64,000 bases of DNA from Dipteris shenzhenensis (lineage: Eukaryota), in assembly GCA_047967505.1 (NCBI GenBank), contig CM106538.1; one strand, written 5' to 3'. Below, in pieces: positions 55,400-64,000 of the stretch (its first letter is position 1; every line of letters starts with the position of its first letter). The notes beneath the pieces were generated by a model, which saw only the letters and a list, made by a program, of their open reading frames with translations, had not been told where the DNA came from and did no database searches. The translations under genes were made by a program, and so were the position numbers.

Positions 55400-58300
55400 A
55401 GTTTATCACCCCATTCACATTTTTAGCTACATCTAGATGAAGAGAGAAGGGTAGTATCTATCGCTATAGTTCTACTCTTCATTCGAACTAGATATGTACT
55501 GAACAGGCACAACAATGCCACCCCTTTTGCTCAGTCCTACATCACTACTCTCAAGTAACTCTATCAGCAATTGTCACTGCTCCACTCAAACTAGCATCTG
55601 CAATCATCTCTAATTGCCGCTTCTGCATGAACATCTTCAATCTTCGATCCTGCTCCAGATCCATCAGCCATTGCAACCGATGAGGCTTGGATCTATTCAT
55701 GTTTAGGCCACTGCGTTGTGGGTAATACTTCATCTATCCATGTACCCAGTGGTAATTGCTATTGCCATCATTCCTGTGCCATCATAGGTCTTTGAATCAC
55801 CATTGGCTCATAGGAAGGGGGATTTGGTAACCCTGGAAAAGGTGTGTGCTTACTAAAATACTTCCCCAGAAACTTATCTGCCTCTTTCCACCAAGGAGGA
55901 TGAGGAGGTAATGACAGAGTGAAATCTTGAATGAGTGCACAATTCCAACCAGAAACAAAGTGAATGCCTTTGTCGCTTCAACACATCAATTCTTTTGCTA
56001 TTGCGGAGAACGGCTTCCACAATGCCTTCTGCCAGCTCTTCATATTTGGCTTGCCAATCCTCTTTAATCTACACTGTCTTTGCAACCACTCCTTTTGCCT
56101 TATCCGTACCACCACCACTGAAGAAGTGCTAGACCCTTTTGGTCCAGAACTAGTTGGCAGCTACGGACCCTGTTGCTGACTAGAACTTGCATCAGCGCCC
56201 GCATCTCCATCCGGCCTGGTTTGTTGTTCATGTGGAACCAGCTCCCAATAGGTTTGCGAAACAATAGCCGCACTCCATCTAGCCACCTGCCTATCCCATT
56301 CTGCCCTCACATCACCCTAAAGAGCTTCCAAGAGTGAGCCCATCTGCTCCATGTTAACACTCACGTTCCTCAAAGAAGCCCACAAATACTCTGCTAGCGC
56401 ATCAGTAGTACGTCGATGTAGCAACTCCTACTCAATGCTCGATGCTGCATGGCCTCTGAATGTGCCTCCGCCACTTGTAACTCTGGCTTCAAGGATTGAC
56501 ATCCGGTCCTCCAGTTGCCGATCTGCTCTTGCTGACCTCACAGAGACTCATTTTCCATGCGCAACTATGTGACTTCTGCCTCTAGACTGGTCACTCTAGC
56601 AGATTCTCCCCCCATACCAATTTGTGAAGCTATCTGTGCGAGCAAATGCAAACAAAACTGCAGTTGGACATGCATAGGCTACGACCAAAAATTGAATCGG
56701 GTAGAAGACACTAGCGATACACCCGCAAACTCCACGATCGTGGTTAACACTTTTGCCGCCAACACCCTCACCCTCCCCTCATCACATCAGTGAGTGCCCA
56801 CTGATGTTGTAGTAGTCGCCGCAATTGTTGTTGCTATACTCTACTGAGCCTGCTCCATCCACCGTTGCATCAGGGAGCCTCCCACCACCAGAGTACCACC
56901 TAGGATCACCACTACAGTAGACATTGGAGTCACCATCACCCACTCTTCCATGACTAGTAACACCATCGATGTAGACACAACAATCTGTGTCATTTGCACT
57001 TCACTAGTGGAAATGCCTCCAACACCAACAATATGTAGAAAGTTGAAGATGCAAGGGGAGATACCACCCCCTGGCTAAAGGCGAGGTTTCTTCCATTGTT
57101 GTTTCATAGCCACTCCACCAGACGATCCCTCAACTTCATCCTAGGTTGGCCCCTCAGGTGCAAGAGTGAGCACCAAGGCTATCGATCATCTAGGTGCTGT
57201 TGACTCCAAATGAATGGGAAACAAAATCTCCAGAACCTTCCCAATCTTGGAATTGACTGCTTGCTTCTTATCCACATGAGTTGCCACCCGTAAAGCCTCT
57301 GCATGAATCCTCTCCTTCAGGATTCATGCCCATGGCATCGTCCTCTCTTCAACAACATCTATCATCCCTCGAGTCTGAGGCGTGATTCTATACGTCTTGG
57401 CCTGTAAGAACACTGACTCGGGAATCCAGCGATAAATTCCCTCATCTGAGCATCCAAACATCCACTCAACTTGTATTTGCCCCTGGTAGGAGCTCCAAAC
57501 TTTGCCTCCATCACCGCTGGTATACACATTGGTTGCACGATCATCGCTGCATCCATAGGCAAAAAGAGATGATGAATCAATTGCACAATCAGCTCCCCTT
57601 CTCATTTAAAAACTCCACAACAGTTCCTACCGCCATCTGCTGTGGCAAAGCATCGATGTTGACGGGATGATTAGCCACCCTCTGCCAATCGATACTATTG
57701 AAACTACGAATCCATAGTCACTGATGATGAGCATCAATCAACTAAGAATCTATATTGGAGGAAGAGGGAGAAATTGAGCATGAGCCATCCCCATGGTGAG
57801 AAAAAGGAGAAGAAACGAGATAACAGTGAACGCTGATGAGAACTAGAAGGCGAATGCACTCAAGAGAACTGCAAGTGCAATGACAAGCAAGTAGCAATCA
57901 ATTGGTACATGCAAACAGTGGATTAAGAGTGGTAATTCAGATTGCCAATATCTCGCCCTAATTATATGAGTTGCATGGCAGCTAGGCGAGGACCTTGCTG
58001 AAGATTGCTATCATCATGCCATGAACCCTTCTGCCACGTGTCCTCATGCGATGGCTCGGTCACCTCCACCTCAACCCATGAAGTCTACACCTCATTAGAG
58101 ATGGGGAATGGCTCGGACTCCTCCTCTGAGATAGGGCTGACCATGTTTGCCAGACAACTATGATGCATGTAGCTATCTGTAATGCCTTCCACATCAATGG
58201 TGAAGATAGGAACTAACTCTAGATTTGCCTTGAGAAAGGCTTCCTCCTCATCATCCTCCAATCCGTCCACCATGTTCACCGTCTTGGCCAACATGCATCG

Positions 58301-58491
58301 GACCGCATCCGCTAATGGTGCTGTGACTCCCATTGTGACTAGCAATTTCTTCTTTCCTCTCCACACTGAAATGATGTTCTGCTCCCAATTTTGCTTGACT
58401 TTTGCTTGCTGCAACCATGGCCTACCCAAAGGATGCTATACTCGTGTTGTGGCTTGAGCACCACAAAAGACACTACGAATGATATGCCCGC
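55400..58491 (-). mobile_element. Old degenerate Gypsy (Athila/Tat-like) remnant: end of protease followed by a decayed extra ORF
   Basis: GRPWLQQAKVKQNWEQNIISV (58085-58429) parallels LGRPWLRKVKAVQKWDTRELIL of the Tat element. Downstream ~2.3 kb has coding-like frames with Ser/Thr-rich and coiled-coil segments but no RT motifs seen. Confidence 0.5.
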
Positions 58492-59623
58492 TGTGAAGAG
58501 AGTGGGAGAGAAGTAAGGAGTCTCACTTGTAGCTTTCTCACATACACAATGGGGGAATGCACACAAAGGTGGAGGCTGAAAATAGTTTTCCTCTTCTTAG
58601 TTGTGAAAGCCAAAAGAACTCTCTAAGTACAAAAGGAATAGGTGAACCCTATATGTGGGTCTTAAACCAACTTAGCTAACCTAGGTGGCATACTAACTGA
58701 GCCACTAACTAGAGTACATAAAGATAGCTGTCATCTAGCTATTAGTCATGGGCGGTGTACCAACCGCATCTGCAGCTAACAAGTCAGTGACATAAATGCA
58801 CAACGGTCACGCTGGCATATCACGAGTGGAGCTCGATATCTCAACACTCCCCCTCGAGCTCAGTCCCAAAACCTGCACACCAAGCAGGTCTCTGAACTTG
58901 TGCAGCTTCTCTGTGCCCAATGCCTTCGTGAATATGTTAGCTACCTGATCTTTTGTGCTGACATAAACTAAATCAATAAAACCTACTCGAACCTTCTTCT
59001 GCACATAGTGATATTGCACCTCAATGTGCTTTGTCCTAGCATGATATACTGGGTTATTTGCCAAGTGTATACTGCTCATGTTGTCATAATAAATGACAAC
59101 TGGCCCACTGATGCATATCATAAAGTAGCTTATGCAACCAAGCTGCCTCATATATAGCCATTACTGCACCCCTGTACTCAGCCTCTGTGCTCGACAATGC
59201 AATTGTAGGCTGTTTCTTGCTGCTCCAAATGACTGTAGCACTCCCAAAAGAGAACACATATCCACTGGTAGATCGTCTACCAGAAATACTACTAGCCCAA
59301 TCAGCATCAGTGTATCCATGCAACTGTATCTGAACCCCAGTCTCATAAAATAGTCCATACTGCAATGTGGACTTCACATACCTCAGTATGCATCTAGCCG
59401 CATCCAAATGCGGTTTCCTTGGAGCCTGCATAAACTGACTTACGAAACAGCATAGCTCAAATCTGGCCTGGTAATAGTCATTAAATCAAACTTCCTACTA
59501 TGCGTCTATACATAGTAGGGTCTTCCAGAAGCTCACTTGCATCTGCACTCAACTTCACATTTTGCTCCAAAGGAACTGAAATAGGCTTTCAGCCTGTCAT
59601 CCCATATTTGGACAGCATGTCCA
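58492..59623 (-). mobile_element. Ty1/Copia family B, 3' end (RT end, RNase H, PPT, intact 355-bp LTR 58492-58846)
   Basis: HGYTDADWA...RRSTSGY, YHARTKHIEV; LTR has TG...CA ends and is homologous to 47030-47149 + 55072-55302. Confidence 0.92.
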
Positions 59624-59687
59624 TGTGAAAGTGGGAGAGAAGTAAGGAGTCTCACTTGCAGCTTCTCACATATACAATGGGGGAATA
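59624..59687 (-). mobile_element. Terminal fragment of a second family-B Copia LTR inserted into the RT of the preceding family-B copy
   Basis: TGTGAAAGTGGGAGAGAAGTAAGGAGTCTCACTTGCAGC matches 58492 onward. It starts exactly where the RT sequence (compare 46240-46260) breaks at GTCCA. Confidence 0.8.
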
Positions 59688-62600
59688 TGTAAGAAAATAA
59701 TACAACGTATGTGCTCAATAGATAACAGGATCTTATACACAAGAGAGAAAACCAGATAGTATGGAGAATCAAAAAATTTGATTACTGTAGAACTGATACA
59801 ATAGATGGCGCTGCCTCCCAACCATGCGCTCCTGTGAAAGAGGCTTCGATGGCAAGCTAGAAACAGTAGAAGACAAAGGCTGGATGCTAAGGAATCAAGG
59901 TTACTATAGCCAGTGATGAAATGGGCTTCATGGGCTTGCTCTTATATAGCCACCCCAGTCGTAGTCCGGTGATCAACCCAGTTTGCCCAAAATGGTCGGT
60001 CTCGAAATAGGCCACCGACCACACGATAGAACCATGTGCAAAATAGAGCAACTAACCTACGGTCTCTGTTCAGCCCACAGCCATTTGGGATCATCTGGGA
60101 CTCCAAACTAGCCCCACAACCCGAAGTGGGCTGCCACGGGAAAAGCTCCATCTACCCTCAATGCGGTCAGTCATGGGATGCCTTCCTGCACTTGCATGTA
60201 GCCTAGTTGGTAGTGTACCAACTCTATCTGAAGCTGTCCACCCATCAGGCGACACATGGCTCCCATCTGGTATCCAAACTAGGACCTACCAGATAACCAA
60301 GCTACTCAAATGCCTTCTCCTCATATGGGGGGCTTACAAGTAGAGTTAGCTGGTTCCCGCGTGGTTACATGAGAGTGGAGCATTGATATCTAACACCCCC
60401 CTCAATGTCCACCCGCAAGTGAACTTACTTTTTTGGTGAAGATGCCTCTCTAGCAAGTCTCTTCCAAGAGCCTTCATGAAGATGTCCGCAGCATTCTCTG
60501 TAGTTAGACAGTACATAAAGTTGACCTCTCCATCCATGATGAGCTTGCATACAAAGTGATATTGAATCTCAATGTGTTTTGTGTGAGCTTGAAACACAGG
60601 GTTCTTTGCATTCGCCATGCAACTCTGATTGTTACATGATAACTACATGGGCTAGTTCTGCACTGCACCCATGTCCCCTAAAATCCTCCTCAACCACACT
60701 GCCTCGCAAGAAGCAAAGCATGCTGATTTGTTCTCAACCTCAGTAGAAGAAAGAGCAACTGTAGGTTGCTTCTTGCTAACCCATGACACACCTCTAGATC
60801 CAAGTGAGAAACAGTAACCTGTCACTGATCTCCTACTATCCACGTCTCCTGCCCAATCTGAGTCATAGAATCCGGTCAAGATGTTGCCCTTGGTATAGGT
60901 GATGCCATAATCAAGTGTGCCTTTGATGTATTTTAGCACCCACATCCCTGCCCTCCACCAATGGTTCTTGCGGGGCTTATTGGAAAACTTGCTTAGTACA
61001 CTAGTCGAAAAACTGATGTCCAGCCACATGTTGCACAGGTAAATCAAGCTACCCACAAGCCTTCTGTACTTTGCTTCGTCTACCAGTGGTGATGAATCCT
61101 CGTTTGAGAGCTTCACGTCAACCTCCATAGCGGTACCAACTGTCTTGCACTTAGCCATGCCAAATGCCTTCAGTATCTCTCCAGCATACTTCAACTGTGA
61201 AATGAAGATCTGTTTCGGCTCTTGCCAAACTTCAATCCCCAAACAGAAATGCATCAATCCAAGGTCTGTCATTTCAAACTCTCTTCCTAGCAAATGCTTC
61301 ATCTGTGAGATCTTCTCTTCATGGTTCCCTGTTATGACAAGGTCATCTACATAAAGGACCACGATCATACACTTGCCTCCTTTTTGAAGATATACAAGTT
61401 TGCATCAGATGGGCTCCTCTTGAACCCATTTTGCACAAAGTAGACATCAATTCACTGGTACCACGCTCGTGGCACCTGTTTCAGCTCGTAAAGTGCCTTC
61501 TTCAGATTACAAACTTTACCTTCTGAACCGGGGATCTCAAAACCTGGTGGTTGTTCCACATATACCTCCTCCTTGAGATCTCCATTCAACAAGGCGGATT
61601 TCACATCCATCTGAAACATGGGCCACTTTCCCTAGGTAGCTAAAGCCAAAACACTACGAATTGTGGTTAGTCATGTTGTGGGAGCAAAAATATCCTCATA
61701 ATCAAAACCATTTACCTATGCGAATCCTTTTGCCATGAGCCAAGCCTTATACTTATCCAATGTGCCGTCAGACTTGTACTTGCTCTTGTACACCCACTTG
61801 GTTTCGATTACCTTGCATTTTGGTGGTCGATCCACAAGGTCCCAAGTGTTGTTCTTCATTATGGAGCCATACTCCAATTGCATAGCCTCCATCCACCTAT
61901 CATCTCCCTATGCCTCTTCAAGACACTTGGGTTCATCAGCATGGATCACCTCTGTCATCAATGCATAGTTGACTAAGTGTTCCTGCGCTCTTCTTTGCTC
62001 CTCTAATCTCTTGGACCGGTGGTGTTCGGATGGTTTCTCCTCAATGGCTGGAGGTTCTCTGCCATCCAAAAGTTGCTTTACCCACTTCGTGAATGGCCAT
62101 TGCCGTTGTGGTTCTATAGGCTCTTCTTCATCTTCTTTGTCTTGAATCCTCCCAAGCACCATTGGGGGAGTTTGGTCTATTGTTGATGGTGGTACTGGAT
62201 GGATATCTTGGTCCTGGTCGTCTGGGAAGCAAGCATCCTCCTCCAATTGATGTAGCTGCTCTGAGAAGACCACATCACGACTTACAATTACCTTCTTGGT
62301 AACAAGGTTATAGAGACAGTACCCTTCGCCTCTCCTTCGCCTCTTCACTGTAGCCCAAGAAAATACACTTCCGGCTCTTCGGTTCCCATTTGGTTCTATT
62401 AGCATCAGGGACATGCACAAAAAAGTCACATCCAAAAACCCTAAAATGTGCAACTGAATGTTTCTTACCAGAAAAGCCTGCAGTGGAGTCATCCCGTTCA
62501 CAACCTTCGTGTAGCTACGATTGAGAATGTAAACTACAATGTTACATGCTTCAACCCACATGCTTCAGCCCAGAAAGTCTTTGGCAAATCTTTGCCTTTC

Positions 62601-64000
62601 ATCATACTCCGGCCCATTTCGTAGATGACGCACATCTTGCATTTTGCTACTCCATTTTGCTGTGATGTATGTGGTGGGGCTTTCTGCCTCTTGATCCTAT
62701 GACTTTTGCAGTAACTTTTGAATTCAGTTGACATGAGCTCTCCATCTCTGTTTGATCTCAATTTCTTCACCTTCCTCCCCGATTCTTTCTCGACCATTAC
62801 ATGCCATTCTTGAACTTACTAAAAGCCTCGTCTTTAGTCTTCAGGAAGTATATCCATATCCTTCTACTGTAGTCGTCGATCAGTGTCATGAAGTAGTAGG
62901 AACCACCCAAAGCTTCCATCTCCATCTTTCCGCAGAGGTCCGTGTGAATGAGCTCTAGAAGAGCCTTTGCCCTATTGGCCTCTTTAGGAAAGGGATGCCG
63001 ATGCTGCTTGCCCATCATGCAAGCTTCACATACATCGGGCAGATCTGAAATTTCTGGTAGGTCTACAATCATTCCACTTTCATGCATCTCCTTCAAAGAA
63101 CTAAGGTTTAGATGACCAAACCTCTCATGCCACAGCTTAGTGTTCTTCACATCCGCTCGAGCACTGAAAGCTCAGAGTTCGTAGATGTTGTTGCGCCATG
63201 TACCTTTACCAACGACCTTCTCTTGAAGATCCAGAATTTGTGCACCATTCTTATCGAAGTGAACTTTGAGGTCCCGATCCGTGATGGCACAAATGGACAA
63301 GTTTCTCTTGATATTTGGCACATAAAGAACATCGGACAATTGTTTTATAACTCCATCTGACTTGAGAGCAATCGTACCTTTTCCTTTTGCTGGACATTTT
63401 GCATCATTGTCGACTACTACCAGGATGTCATTCCCTACCGGCTGTAGAGAGGTATACCAATCCTTCTGACTGGTCATGTGGCACGATGCACCACTGTCAA
63501 TGATCCACGATTCATCCGCAGGTACATGAACTGCCTCCGTGCAAATCTCCTCAATTGCTACGAACAACTCTACTGGTATTGCATGCATGCTATTGCTAGA
63601 CTCTTTCTTTACTCTGTTCTTCTCATCTGAAATCTTCTTTTGGCACTCATTCTTCTTGTGCCCTGCCTTGTTGCAATAGAAGCACTTGATCTTCTTCTTT
63701 CTCTTTTTATCATCAGAAGAAGATGGGTTACCAGAGTCCTTACCCTTACCTTTCTTTGATCTAGTCTAGAAAGCCGAATCTTCTCCAGTCCTCGTCTTTT
63801 GACACATCTCCTCCTCCAGAAGCATTGCACTGAAATCCTCAAAGTTGGGCGGATTTCTATTTTGCATATTCAGTGCCATAACAAGACCGTCATACTTTGG
63901 TGGGAGAATCTGTATGCACCTTCGTGCTAGGTTCTTTCTGGTGATGATGATGCCAATTGTAGTCATCTGATCGTGTAGATTCTTCACCCTAGTGATGAAC
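59688..64000 (-). mobile_element. Ty1/Copia family A, second copy (3' LTR 59688-60395, PPT, RNase H/RT/integrase/protease/gag), running off the window
   Basis: LTR and internal region colinear with 31438-35820; motifs WIIDSGASCHM, YVDDLVITG, YDSDWAGD, HTKHIEI. Confidence 0.94.

Overview
Repeat-rich land-plant nuclear DNA (spliceosomal GT-AG introns, CCCTAAA telomere motif, Copia/Gypsy elements); the species cannot be determined from sequence alone. The only intact host genes are two minus-strand paralogues of a 5-exon 12-oxophytodienoate reductase (Old Yellow Enzyme family, OPR3/subgroup-II-type residues) at 11177-12822 and 41090-42746. Each splices to 418 aa with identical exon sizes. The rest is transposon-derived or repetitive. 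Gypsy: a chromovirus 3' end, and a young Tat-type element with an extra archaeal-type RNase H nested in a Copia LTR. Copia: two families in several nested copies. DNA transposon: a degenerate, intron-containing transposase that looks Sola2-like, flanked by a palindromic repeat array and a tandem array containing telomeric repeats. Also present are MITE-like elements, a ~70-bp higher-order satellite, LINE and possible Helentron remnants, a captured host-gene fragment and many short tandem duplications. Family assignments are from motif recognition by eye, not database searches.
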